64,000 nucleotides of DNA from Macrostomum lignano (lineage: Eukaryota). Made by a program: the position numbers and the translations under genes. The notes under the pieces are model-generated. The model ran no database searches. It had not been told where the DNA came from and worked only from the letters and a program-made list of their open reading frames with translations. Location of the stretch: contig NIVC01002373.1 of assembly GCA_002269645.1 (NCBI GenBank), forward strand, positions 62,001 to 126,000, written 5' to 3'. Shown one piece after another: positions 1-12,962 of this stretch (the first letter of the stretch is position 1; the number at the start of each line of letters is the position of its first letter).

Positions 1-859
1 TCCCATCATATCCAGACCGCGCATCCACATACAAACTCTTAGCCTCCCAAATTCTGATGATGGAAATATTCCGGTCTGCATGTCTGCAGTTCCCATCAAC
101 CCTCCGGGCAGTGGGAAAAGTGCAGAGCACGATCTCGGAAACAGAGATACGAGAGCTGGGAAGGGGACGAGAGCCTGGCCTGAGTCTGAGTCAGCTCTGA
201 CCCCCTGCCGCGGCTCGTGAGATTCTTGCGGATTCAGTTTAGGGCTGCAGGCAGGGGTTGCTGGGGAAAATGGACACTGGATGAAGCCGGGGAGGGTGAC
301 AGCCAGAATCCCAGACAGCTTGGGCATTTCCACGGATTGCAAAAGCTGCAGCAGACGGGAGCAGGCAGGGTGCAGGTGCGCAGGACAAGAGACTGATGCA
401 TAATTCAGAGCCAGGAGGCAGTGGCTCAGGGCCTGCAGATGCAGCTCATCGCGCGCCAGTTCGCGTCCCTCATTTCTTTTTTTCGCTAATTCACTTTTTG
501 CCCGAGATCTCATCGGCAAAGGCCCGCTAATCCGGCTCGGGAGCTGCTAAATCCCTAGAGGGAATGCTTTATGCGGCCAGTTCAACGCGTTGGGAGGGGG
601 GCTTCATAGCCCCGGAAATTAAAGCTCGGGCCTTCTGGGGATTTTCGAGCATTGAGATTAAAACCGGAGAGTCCAACGACTCGACTCGGTGCTTGGGGAT
701 TAAGAACGCAATAATTCATCAAAAACTTATTAAAAAAGGATTAGCATATCCAAAAGGCAAATGAATTTCACGTAATTAAAACCCTTCTGCAGAAGAGAAT
801 CATCTCTCTTTGCAGGGCTTTTTTGCGGGGCTATTCTAAAATCTTCTGACCATGAGCAA

Positions 860-1762
860 ATGAGTCCGGCATACGAGCGTATTGAGCACTCACTGGTTCA
901 CATATCTAAACACTCACTGGTTCACATATGTGAGCACTCACTGGTTCACATATGTGAGCATTCACTGGTTCACATATCTGAGCTCTCACTGGTTCACATA
1001 TCTGAGCACTCACTGGTTCACATATCTGAGCATTCACTGGTTCACATATCTGAGCACTCACTGGTTCACATATGTGAGCTCTCACTGGTTCACATATCTG
1101 AGCTCTCACTGGTTCACATATCTGAGCACTCACTGGTTCACATATGTGAGCACTCACTGGTTCACATATGTGAGCACTCACTGGTTCACATATGTGAGCA
1201 CTCACTGGTTCACATATCTGAGCACTCACTGGTTCACATATGTGAGCACTCACTGGTTCACATATCTGAGCACTCACTGGTTCACATATGTGAGCACTCA
1301 CTGGTTCACATATCTGAGCACTCACTGGTTCACATGTGAGCACTCACTGGTTCACATATCTGAGCTCTCACTGGTTCACATTTCTGAGCACTCACTGGTT
1401 CACATATGTGAGCACTCACTGGTTCACATATGTGAGCACTCACTGGTTCACATATGTGAGCTCTCACTGGTTCACATATCTGAGCTCTCACTGGTTCACA
1501 TATCTGAGCATTCACTGGTTCACATATCTGAGCATTCACTGGTTCACATATCTGAGCACTCACTGGTTCACATATGTGAGCACTCACTGGTTCACATATC
1601 TGAGCTCTCACTGGTTCACATATCTGAGCTCTCACTGGTTCACATATCTGAGCACTCACTGGTTCACATATGTGAGCACTCACTGGTTCACATATCTGAG
1701 CACTCACTGGTTCACATATCTGAGCACTCACTGATCCCGCATATCTGAGCACTCACTGGTAC
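860..1762. repeat. 24-bp minisatellite (ctgagcactcactggttcacatat), about 37 copies, in the InR intron
   Basis: Direct 24-nt periodicity; produces the HSLVHISE / STHWFTYL ORF artefacts. Confidence 0.97.
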
Positions 1763-2453
1763 ACATATTTCGAGCTCTCGTCAATCCATTGTAGCCGGCC
1801 AGGGCAGACATCGCTGCAGAGCACCCTGTCGGGCACATTATCGAAGCGAACCTCCCTGATGAAGTCGGGCCGCACGATGGCCGCCCAGTTCACGGATTTG
1901 TAGTAGCACAGCTTCGGTGCGTTCTCCACTCGCACTCCGCCGCGGCCGATGTACCGCAGCGCGGGCAGCGCCATGTCCTGCAGGTCGGGCAGGTCGAATA
2001 TCACCAGCGCATAGTTCTCGTGCGTGCTGAAGCCGCGGATGACAGTCAGGCGGGGGAACAGCCGGCCCAGGCTGGTGACGTTCTTCAGCCGGTACAGCAC
2101 AACGAAGCCGGAGATCTCAACCACATTTGGGAAGGTGAGCTCGCCGTTCATCTCCATCATGCTGAGCACAATGGACCCATCAACCACTGTGCAGTGGCTG
2201 TAGTTGTAGGACTTAAAGGAGGACAGCATCGCGTGGCTTACGGTGTTGCACACTGCGGAAATGGGAAGGTTGCGGAGTCTGTGATCATTTGCAGAGCTCA
2301 AGTCTGAAGGACATTCTGCATATTTTGATTGTCGCAGGGGGCTTTCGGGATCGTGAGCCACATGACCCGTGACTCACCTTTTCCGTCTGCAAAGCCGAGA
2401 CCGCCATAACAGCCGAGCAGCGGCAGCAGCACCAGCAGCAGCAGCAGCGGCAT
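1757..2453 (-). CDS. InR: Insulin/IGF receptor family, first two coding exons (2453-2378 signal peptide; 2315-~1757 L1 domain); gene continues toward or beyond the window start
   Basis: ATG 2453 MPLLLLLVLLPLLGCYGGLGFADGK, donor G|GTGAGT, 62-nt intron, acceptor TATGCAG|AA in matching phase 1. Then ECPSD...HCTVVDGSIVL...FPNVVEISGFVVLYRLKNVTSLGRLFPRLTVIRG...NYALVIFDLPDL...RGGVRVENAPKLCYYKSVNW...CSDVCPG, a receptor L1 domain. Likely donor CA|GTGAGT near 1757. No kinase exons seen. Confidence 0.9.
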
Positions 2454-4079
2454 GAGGCTGGCTGGCAGTGAGGGCTGCTGCTGGGCTGAAAAGCAAATGA
2501 TGGATAGATGTAGAGATTAATGGAATTCCTTTCAAGTCAAAGACTTGATTGTTCTCCCCAGTGGACTGATAGACTCATCCAACAACTGCCAATGAAAAGT
2601 ACAAATGAAAGACAGTCATTTACAGTACACGCTTTCAGGGTTAATAAATCCTCGACTTGGGGCACTAGAAGCAGCAGAAAGCGTCACTGTTTGTCTTGAA
2701 TCTTAAGTAAACAAGATATCTGATATTGCAGCCCTCCAAAGGCAGACTGCTGCAAGTGTAATATGAATAGTTAGAAGAAAAAATTAATGGCGAACACAAA
2801 AACGCGGGGTAGCAGCGGGAGAGAAATGCGGAACAGAAATCGAAGACTGGCTGAGGCCTATCGATGCAGAGTTGCGGATGCAGGAGCGGCCTACAGAAAC
2901 TCAGGAGCAAGGCAAGCCAAATGCAGGCTGACATGGCGTGAAAAGTCGCACCGAGTGGGGCCAAAATTCCAGTACGTGCGCGAGAAACTTTGGTTGAAAT
3001 GGATGGCTGAAGCCATTGTGTAAGAGTATGAGAGACTGCTTATTCAGGTGATGGGCACAAAACAAATCGCCTTTTCACAGATTGCACGTCTGTCGAGAAT
3101 GCTCACCAATCAGTTTCTGTGCGAGTGAGCAATCTCAGGCTGGCCTCAGCAGCGCTTGCCAAATAAGCTCAAGGAACAGGTGAAAGAATGGCAAGCCTTT
3201 ATGTCCCGGTTATAGAAGCGGGAAATACGCAGTCAGCAAAGCGTCATCGGTGAGCAAGACGAGCAGTAGAGGAAATAGGGAAATCTGCTGCAAGATGCGA
3301 CCCTTGATTGGACAGGGGAGCAAATCGGGGCCGAACTCGGCTGGGAGAGTTGCGAGCGGCCGCAGCTGGGGAGCGCACATTGGCTGAGCAGCCGCTGAGC
3401 ACTCGATGAATCAGCCCTCAAACCGTCTGGGGCTGGGAGAAAGAAAAGCCTGAGAGCTGCGGATCGGAGAGTTTGAGAGAACGGTGGAAAAGCGATTTCG
3501 GCTCAGGGGTGGGGGGGGGCAGGAAGGGTGAGATGGAGAGGAGAAGAGATAAAATGGAAGCTGCAGTTGAAGCGCAGAAAGAGGGGCGAATCAAAGGCAA
3601 AGCAAAAAACTCATTAAAACGAGCAGTCGAAAAAGCAACGAAAAACAAGAGGCCAAAACGCAGGGAAATTGTGAGCAATTGCTTTTAGCTTAAAGAAGAT
3701 TAACTAGCACCGATGGGAGCGCTGTAAACATTGAACTCGAAAGCCACAGAGTTCAACTCTTGCAGAGCAGCTTCTGTCTATTTCGCAAGGAAAAAGTTGA
3801 CAATTATTGAGGCGACGGGGCTGACAGATCCCACGGTGGGGAGAGTTTCACGAGCTTGTCAAAAGCTGCCTTGTCGGGGAGGAAGTTTCAACAAAATTTC
3901 CCTGCAGAAGCTGAAAGAAGCCTCCGCTATAAAGCTAAATTCTACGGGCGGGGGAAATATGCTATCTATTGCCGGTGGAGCAAGTAGTAAAAGCACAGAA
4001 GTCCGAGAATTCCGCATCCAGGACTCTGAAAGATATTCAACAGCCTGAGGGCTAGACATTCCCACTCTAATGTCCTGAC

Positions 4080-7000
4080 ATGGCTCAGTAACTTCTATAC
4101 TAGTCTCATCACTAATGCAGAAGTTTACTCCAGAGTACGAGTATACTGAGCCCAGCTGTTGAGAGTACTTGAGCTTTTAGTCAGCATTGCCTGCTGTATT
4201 CTCCACAAACATGGCTATTTTGGACAACCCTCTGCCTCTACGAGTACAAGTACAAGTCTTCAAGGATCACTTCCATCCTAAGGGTGCCTTTAGTAGGCTG
4301 GGAAAATAGTCATCATGCACTACATCATCAAGGCCTTAAACAGCGCCATTTCCAAAGATGTTGCACATTTTGAGCAATAGTGGCCTTGCCATTCTGACCA
4401 GCAATGGCGTCCCTGATGTCTTGATCAAGGCAGTAGCAGACCTACTAAACTGTAAAGAACTAGTTGACTCAATTGACGCTCCTACAGACAATTTTGAAAC
4501 AGGCTCTGGCCAGTAGTCCAGTGAGTACTCAGATAAGCCACTATAGCGTTAGTCTAGCATTGACCTTTTAAGCCAGGTCAAGCCAGGTCAAGCCAGGTCA
4601 AGCTTGGAAACGAATCAAATTGGGTTTTTGTGTTGATGGGTGCCACTAGAAGAAAAATTCAGCACGAAATTTTGATTTTGAATCATGATGCATAATTGCA
4701 CTTTAAAATCCTATCCTGGTTGCTAATCTAAGTTTGTACCTCGAAATTCTACCCCAAGTGCAAACAAAACTGCACCCAACATTTAGACAAAAACCCCAGA
4801 GACAAGCCAGTGAAAATATATATTCACGGCTATGATTTATTACTTAGCTTCTTGAATGACTCAAACAGTCAAACTTTAACATGTTTTTAATGCCAAGGCA
4901 CTTTGTGCACAATGGACATCAATAGGGCTTACTAAATTTATTAAACTAAGTGAATGTTTTTGCTCTTATATATTGACTTGACTTATATATTCCATTGTGG
5001 ACGAAATGCATTGGCATTGAAAACATGTTGGTTATCTCCTTTATTTATTTACTTTGTATCAAGTGAGCGACATTACCTAAAGTCAAACTCTAGTTTCAAG
5101 CTAAACTCAAGAAAAACTCAAGTACACCACACTTTTCTCTTGCTTACCTGGGTCAGCCTGTAGATCAATGGTAGCAGAGCAGAGGTTTGTATATATAGCA
5201 TATATAATATATTACCTTAATCAATTTCTAAGACTAATACTTTTGTAATACCTAAGACTTCTTTATCAAGGACAAGAAGAATAAACCTGTCAGAGTATCA
5301 TGCCTAGTATGCTATGAGTGTCTGCCAGGCATAATTTTAACAGCAAATTATAGCCTAAAGATACTATTCTGGTCTCCACTATAGTAGAACCAAACTTTTT
5401 CACCCTAACCCCAAGTAGACACATGGTTAACATTTTTCTTTGGGGGATAGTTAGTTACTTTTAAGCAGTGTTAATTAATTCCAGTTCCAATCAAGTAATT
5501 TCTGGCACTTGTTCTAGTAGTAGTATTTTTTAAAAAAGAAACTTCTGATAATCCATTACTGGTCCTTCTAATTTTAAAGAACTATCAATTAAAAAGTGCA
5601 ACATATGTGTTGGTCTAGAAATAAACATGTTGTTATTCCTCAAACTTGCTACATCATATTTATTATTTTTGTATCCAAAATTTGAGTGAATAAATAAAAA
5701 CTTTTACAAAATAAGGATTAGCAGTATATTAGGATGCTACACTTGCAATTTGCAAAAAAATAGAGGCTAATTTTCAAATGTTAGTTCTGACTATTTAGAA
5801 GTATATATAGAGATATTTTTTGTCTAATAGGTATGTCACAATAAGTAGAATACTTTAGGTGACTTTTAGTTTGTCTAGGTTGTCGCTATAGTTTTACTAC
5901 TAACCAATGTACAAGGCTTTAAATAACTTGATTAGTAGTGCCTTTGTGCTGCAATTAGAAAATCATATAATTAGCCTCAAAAGTTTTAAAAGTCAAAACA
6001 CTCTTAGAATGCATCACTTATATCATATTGCATGAATATCAAATGAAAAAATTAGCCTTCAAATTTTTTTTCACAAATTATAGACCTGTGTTGCATCTTG
6101 ATATACTACTAATGATCCTTATTAGAAACCCTGCAAGTTGTTAAACAAGGATATTTATTGTTTTGAATATGTCTTGTTTTAGCATTAGTCATGTCTTGTT
6201 TTAGCATTAGTAATTACCAACAATAATTACTTTATTCTATGATTTTATAATGTTTAATATTATAATATTGAATATTCTTTAACTTAAAAAGTAAAAAAAC
6301 CACATGATCTAGGATCATCTTTTTTTACCTTTGTATAATTGTAATTGTACAAGTATTTTGGTTAAAGTTTTGCACTTTTAGAAAATATTTAGTGCTAAAT
6401 TGGCTATTTGGCATTGGCACCTAAAACTTCATTTTCAAGTACTAGAAGACCAGACTTATTAAAAGTAACTTCTATTAGCCAAGTTTGGCATTCTAAAAAA
6501 GAACCTAAAAAGTACCACTTTAAAAAGTTACTTCTAGTACTAAAAGTGCTACAACTTTGCCCAACACTGCTTTTGAGGAGGGGGGTAGGCCTAGTTAATA
6601 AATTAACTAGCAATAGTAGTAGCAATAAATTTCCTTCATAGTGGACATCTATATCATAAAGAATAAAAAAGCAGACTCAAATACAATTTAGATTACATAG
6701 AAACTTGAAAGGGAAACTAAAACAAATAATTTTTTAAAATAAGAACTTTCCAAAAAAATAAATGTTTTTTTTGTTTTTGAAAGAAATATAATCTCTAAAC
6801 AGTTGTTCTACACTGTACAGTATAGGCAAGTTGTGAGGCAACATTAGTTTTCACAGAATGTTTTCTTAATTTATATTGTTGTATTGACATAGATCATAGA
6901 ATAAAAAAGCTTGAATTTTCATTCCAGAATAAAGCTGCCATGATCTGGAAGGCTACAGGTTGAGGTTAAAAGGGCGACAGTAAAAAGGGTGACAGTCAAT

Positions 7001-7560
7001 ATATTTGTTGGAATTAGAATTACAAGTTCACAATATAATATTAGGCAGTATGCTCGTATTTGTCAAAACGTACAATTAGTTAAAACGTTTTACTCTTAGA
7101 TAGCTGGCATTTGTTAAAATTTACAAGTTATCCATTTAAGGAAATCAATATGCAGCTTGCTTCCACCGACCTGTTTGACCAATACGTAATCGAATTGATT
7201 GACTAATGTGTAAACATTTTCTAAGATATATTTAGTTTGAAGTTGCGGGAATTTAAATAGGTCTATTTACCGTGAATATTAAAACCAAAACAAGTAGTGC
7301 ATAACAAAGAATTTCAAGAGGCGGAAATGAGATTAGCAGCAATAAAAATTTCAGTATCATTTTATCTTTTAGATTTGTTACCTCGTCACTAGGACATAAA
7401 AAGGAATCCAAACGACATATTAAATATGCATGAACATTGAACATTGGTAATGAACTTAAACTTAACCTGGCTAAGCTGGCGTGAACTAAACTTGAATGAA
7501 AACTAGTTAGGACGAAAAAATATGACCTACCTGTACTTCTACGAGTATACATATTTCAAC
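4080..7560. mobile_element. AT-rich, CpG-depleted block of decayed transposon-like sequence
   Basis: Abrupt drop in GC, only one CpG counted between 5070 and 6974, no credible ORF. Element identity not resolved. Confidence 0.5.
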
Positions 7561-7699
7561 CCCTGAGTCCTGACCGACTCAGACGTCTGACTATATACAT
7601 GTATTAGCTGATACATGTACCGGCAAACTAAAACGCTTAGAGGAATACTTAGGGATATGGCCCCGTGTCTATACATGTATCGATTCAAATAATGAGCTT

Positions 7700-7713
7700 T
7701 TGTGAGTGAGTGA

Positions 7714-7785
<72 letters not shown>

Positions 7786-7787
7786 GT
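7700..7787. repeat. (GAGT)n/(GT)n microsatellite
   Basis: Direct inspection. Confidence 0.98.
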
Positions 7788-7849
7788 TTACGACTTCGTT
7801 ACATGTACTGAATGTAATTTCTTAACACATTGATGAGGACGCACTTTTT

Positions 7850-9270
7850 TCCAAACCCCGCGCTAGCACATGGGCTCTAAACTTACTAGCCTACTAACAG
7901 TGGCTCAAAACGGCTCAGCCAATCAGAATCGACGTGTTCCATTATAACAAACTGCGGTCCAGTTGGCGGCTATTTTAAACCGGAGTTTTTGGCCCGCTCG
8001 GACTGTAACTGGCTTGGAACTTGCGCTCACCTCCTGGGACCTTAGCCTAGCTGAGACATCCCGGAGCGCGACCGTCGTTTCTTGATCCCCGGATTGCGAC
8101 TTCCCCCATCACTATCAAGGACGAGTCCCCCAGTCATCAGCAGCGAACATCAAAGTTAAGATCATCACCTGCTAGCTATCAGCGAAGATTGTGTCAGCAT
8201 CATCCCGAGTCTACAGCTGCGAAGCATCAAGCCGATTCGGTCACTGTGGATTACCTGGTCTCCGGCTGTTGAGTTTCTGATTGGTTGGGTGAGAGGCTAC
8301 CTAGACTTGCTTGATTGGGTGATTCCCTGTCTGTCCCCTGTTTCAGTAGCTGGATTAGGTGCACACTTCTGCTCATTTTGTTCAGTAGTGCTGTTACTGA
8401 GGCAGAAATCACTTAATAATACTGCTAGTAGTCTGAAACTCCAATTCAATCTGAGGTGTGAAGCGATCTAAGGAGAAGGTTAAATCTAACAGTTATTTTT
8501 ATCGGTTTTATTTCTTTGTTCGCCGATTGCTCAGATGAGTAGCTAAGCTAGTAGGCGCCGGTCACAGTGGACCAATGGCAAGGCAGTTCTCAGTCGATCA
8601 ATCAATCAAATCAGTGAGCAAAACTGCCAGAAGTGCATAATCGGCGCCAGAGATGTACTTTGTGCACTCTAGGTTAGCCAAGCGGCTCGGGTAATGAATC
8701 ATGCGAGGTCTCTGAAGTTCGAGTTAGTCTATCATCAGCGCTATGAGAGGCTAGTTGGCGCGTTGAAGGCCAAAAGTACATATCTTCGTATTTAGCAATT
8801 TAATAGTACATGTAGCTACCCCATAGACTCGCCACTGCAAGAATCCCCTGCACAAGTCCCCTCTGTACCTGCATGGCCAATGCGATCTAGTCCCAGCAGT
8901 GTCCCTTATCATCGGCTATGACTTCGAGATAGACAGCAAAAAGACACTAGTTGGCAGGTAAGTGCAAAGCCCCTTCTAGTCGGAAGCCCGATTTCGAGAG
9001 TCCCGGTGTGGTGAGCCAGGACGCACGGGCTGGTGGCAGCGAGTTAGCTTAGTCTGCGGATTAGCTAATTTCTACCTTCAAAATTCTCCCTGCTTGTCTC
9101 TCGCTGTCCCTCTCTTAGCTATAGGACCTAGACTGCTCGCCACACGATCAAGCTACCATGGGGCTGACCATCTGACAGGAGTGGGGGGCCAGGACTCTAA
9201 TTGATTTATTTCTGAGACCTGAGGCCCGAAGGCTCCCTCACAAGGGGCCTGAAAGGTCGAAACCCATCAA
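7850..9270 (+). mobile_element. Possible retroelement terminal repeat (LTR or Penelope pLTR-like) fragment
   Basis: Non-coding, mid-GC block with CCAATCAG (~7920) and a TATA-like TATTTTAAA (~7971), ending in a hammerhead-like relic (9212-9263). No second copy in the window. Confidence 0.3.
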
Positions 9271-10328
9271 CATGTTATATACACGTATGCAAATGTTTTG
9301 AAAACTGAAAATATTTACGATCAGCGTAAAACAAATCATTAAATGATTTCAATGTCAAGTGTTGATATTTTGCTGAGTCCAACAATTGTAAATTTTTGTC
9401 TTAAAACTACAGAAAATATACTGCAAAATTTCAGTGTTTAATTTGTAGAGTAGTAAAAAGCAGAAATTAAGGAGGGAAAGATAATACATGTACTTCGTTT
9501 GCGCGAAAACCCCTGTTTTATTAAAAGCTAAGATAAAACCTGGTCCTGATGCAACGATAAATTTTAGTGGTCGTTTTCATATTTTTAATTTTCTTTTTAA
9601 AATCGAATAATTACATTTCTGACCGCAATTACATGAAATAAATTTGAAGCATGCATTAACTTGACCCAGCTTGCTCTCGACTAAGCAAATTAAGCAGACA
9701 AAGTACATATACGTAAAAGCTCCAAACACATTCTATACAATAAGACTGACGAGGATCCTCGCCTTTTCAATCTTATATAATGAGCATTGCCACAATTCGG
9801 ATCGCAGCTGAATTTCTATGTCTTTATCGCTTTCTTCTAGTACAGGGCACGCAGGCATGGGAAAGGCGTAGAAAACATGTACAATACACTCTTAAGAAGG
9901 CTGAGTCATCAGTCCATGCAACACTGCTTTTTACCAAAGTTCATTAAATCTACTCCAGTTAGGGTTCTCGATTTGGACGAAGTTCCCTATTTTATAGCTT
10001 TTGGCTCGCTGTAACTCGTCTATTATTTGCTGTACGTATGCTGGTTAGCCGCACATTGCAACTGTTAGGTGCGATTAAACCCTCACCAATTGGGCTCACC
10101 TCAATAATTCATTGTGCATTGTGCATACTGTGCACTGCCTGTGGCCTGCATGGTCGCTATCAATGCACGCAATTCTACTCCGAATGAAACTGTACAAAGG
10201 CCGGGGAAGTTCTCTTTGTGAGCAAAGCAATTATGGATAAATTTCTGTGCATTTCAAGTTCCTAAGCACCGTAAGTATCTAATCGTCAGAATTCGGCAAA
10301 TTTCAGCAACGCAAGTTGAAGAAAAAGC

Positions 10329-10905
10329 ATGTGCGACGTCATCGAAACGATTGCGAAAATCGTAGCAGGCCTTAAGGATCTTATACCAAACTTGGTTAAA
10401 TGTCTTACCAGCATCGATGAAGCAATCGCTGAGCTGGTGGAAGTAGAAGCTGAGGTGGCGTCAAACAGTACGACAGTCAGAAGCTTGCTGCGCGAGTGCG
10501 TGCACGGCCATGTTCGATTAAGTGCAGGCGGACACTAGCAGTCTAGAAGAAAGTATTCACGAAGTCGGTAACGATATTAAAGTGCTGGAGGAAACGAAGG
10601 CTTTGCTGAATATACTATTTGACGACGTTGCGGTTGCCAGGGAGCATCTCAATAAGGCGATAGAGCGGGCCGCTGGATTTATCGAGGACTGCAAAAAGGC
10701 CGTCTCGCGAGGTAGTAGAGAGAACTCCACTAACATCGCTATTACCACAATTGGTGTCGGTCTCAGCTTGCTTACTGGCCGAGCTAATGGCCCAATAGCT
10801 TTTGCAGGTACCTGCGTTCTGTCAGGCGGGTGGATGTACAAGACTTACAGGTCCAAACAGCACATCGATGAAGTGATACAGAAGCTGAATGAGGGCAAGT
10901 CCTAG
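10329..10905 (+). CDS. Orphan helical protein with a Gly-rich hydrophobic hairpin; probably two exons (10329-10454, 10528-10905)
   Basis: Two overlapping coding-like ORFs can be joined by a 73-nt phase-0 intron (GAG|GTGGCG...TGCAG|GCG, weak donor). The frame continues 58 codons past TAG to TGA at 11080-11082. Confidence 0.55.
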
Positions 10906-11950
10906 CTAGATTCTCTGATCCGAGAAGCCGAACGGAAAGCGTATAAAACGGTTGAGCTACAGCACCAGCTGAGCAGCATGATATCGCAGCTGAATGAGTG
11001 CATCCGAGCCGAGACTCGTAGGCGGGAGCAGCAGCAGCAGCAGTGGCACTCAGAAGTAGACAAGCTTTGCACCAGGCGTTGAAGATCACAGAGCACTTTT
11101 GTTGAATAGGGTGAGCACTGTGAATGAAAAGTACTCCGAACTTTATCCCTTTTGCAAACCCGAATTTTCCCATCTACATCTTGTGTATGGTGCAGAGCAC
11201 AAGCTAAATAGGTACAATATATTAAAATTGAGTTGCTTCTATCTATCTAGGTAAGCTATGTGATTGATTTTATTTAAGCTACTTGTACACTAAGCCATAT
11301 TTAAATGTTACAATGAGCTATAAACTATTTTATAGTTATTTTATAGTTGATATTTAAAATATACGTAAATATTCTTTTTTCAATTAGCAATTCTATCCAT
11401 TATAAGGCTGATAAGAGCAAGTGATTTATTTAACTTTGAACTTCTGCTTTTCAAAGATGAGTATACTAGTGGTGTTAACTCGGCATTGAAAAATGAGAAA
11501 ATGCATGAATTTCCATGTGCACGGAAACTGAGCTGTTTATTTTTAGGTAGAAGAGTTGTCAATAAAGCATATGCTGCTTCGTATTTTCTGCGCATGTAAA
11601 TTACTCTGCTTGCACCCACTGTCTCAAGTGTCGTCTTTGAGCGTCTTTGGACGAAAGTGGCAAAACATTCGTTTAACCCAGGGCAACCTTTCTATGCATG
11701 CGATCGAGCGAAAAATGCCTACCATTTCTACATGTACCATTTTGTCAGTCGGAGCCTTGGCTGTCCCGGCCATAGAAGATATGAATATGAGTTTTAGATA
11801 TACGAGTTTATTCGGCATAAAATGAATTTATTGCATCATAGCACATACTCGGATTTCCAACAGTCGTAATGCAATCTAAAAAATGCAGCATGGAAGTTGT
11901 TTTTAAATATTTTATTGTAGCGGTGGATTAGGCAGAAAAGAGTATTATTA

Positions 11951-12962
11951 ATGGCTGATAAAAGTGAAGCGTGGTCCGAGGCGCTGATATTCTTGGCAGC
12001 ATTCGTCATTATAAACGCCGTCATCATGCTGGTGTTTTGGTTCAGCTACGCCATCACGTCCAGCAACCGGATGAGCAGCATCGACTTCGCCGACTTCAGC
12101 TCTGCTGGCCAGCGGAAGGTTGGCGACCAGCCGGACCAGCAGAACAGGCTGCTGATCCACGAAGAGAAGAAATTCGAGCCCCGAGCCAGCGGCCGTTTCT
12201 CCAATCCAAGGCAGAGCAGCGGCAGCAGCGACAGGAGCAGCCTGAGCGAACTCGGCTTCGACTCCAGCAGCGACGAGAAGTTAATTGCATCAATGTCGGG
12301 GCAGGTATGAAAAAAAGCAGAGGCCCTTGAACTTTTACAAGTAGAAATATGGGATATAAGCTTACACTGAATAAGTAATTTTTGTTTTAGCAAGAATACT
12401 TAGGGAGTAATTTAGGATAGGCCTAGACTAAGGATTGTCCTTCCTATATACTATTTACTATATATATGTAATACAATATTATGTATCGGCACCACTCCGG
12501 GTCCTGCATATGCTTCTAAACTCTTGCTTTACTCTAAGAATGCATGAACCTTTACAGCAATCAACTTAATAACAAGTTAATCTCTCTTCATGCACTCTGT
12601 CAAATCTGCAGGCTTTGAGCAGCACAACGGACACCCGGTTCTTCCATCGCACAATCAGCCTGCAGAAGCAGCTGAGACCAGAATCGATTGGCATGTTGCA
12701 ACAGTTTGAAGAGAACGCCACGGACGACTTCAAGCAGCTGCTGGCCGGCCTGTCGGACAGAAGGGACGGCAAGATAAAGGACCCCGGCAGTTCAAAGTTG
12801 GCGCAGGAAGACGCGCCAACGCCGAACCAGGTGATCGAATACCGGCGCTATCACAAACTGGTGCCGATCCGGCGCTTTGAGCCCGGGTTCCTCCTCAGCC
12901 CTGACAAGAGCCCCAGCGTCCCGAGGCAGACAAGGTCTAAAGCCGATGCAAAGTCGCTCTAA
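11951..12962 (+). CDS. Orphan single-pass membrane protein, 2 exons (11951-12304, 12612-12962), about 234 aa
   Basis: TM segment ALIFLAAFVIINAVIMLVFWF; donor CAG|GTATGA and acceptor CTGCAG|GCT are both phase 0 and join the two track ORFs in frame. Confidence 0.75.

Noticed and set aside
4049-4063. 15-mer ggggctagacattcc shared with the MITE flank near 58437
   Set aside because: A match of this length is expected by chance in a 64-kb self-comparison, and similarity does not extend.
2787-4065. Short ORFs upstream of InR
   Set aside because: No domain signal or consistent splice chain; more likely InR 5' UTR, intron or promoter sequence.
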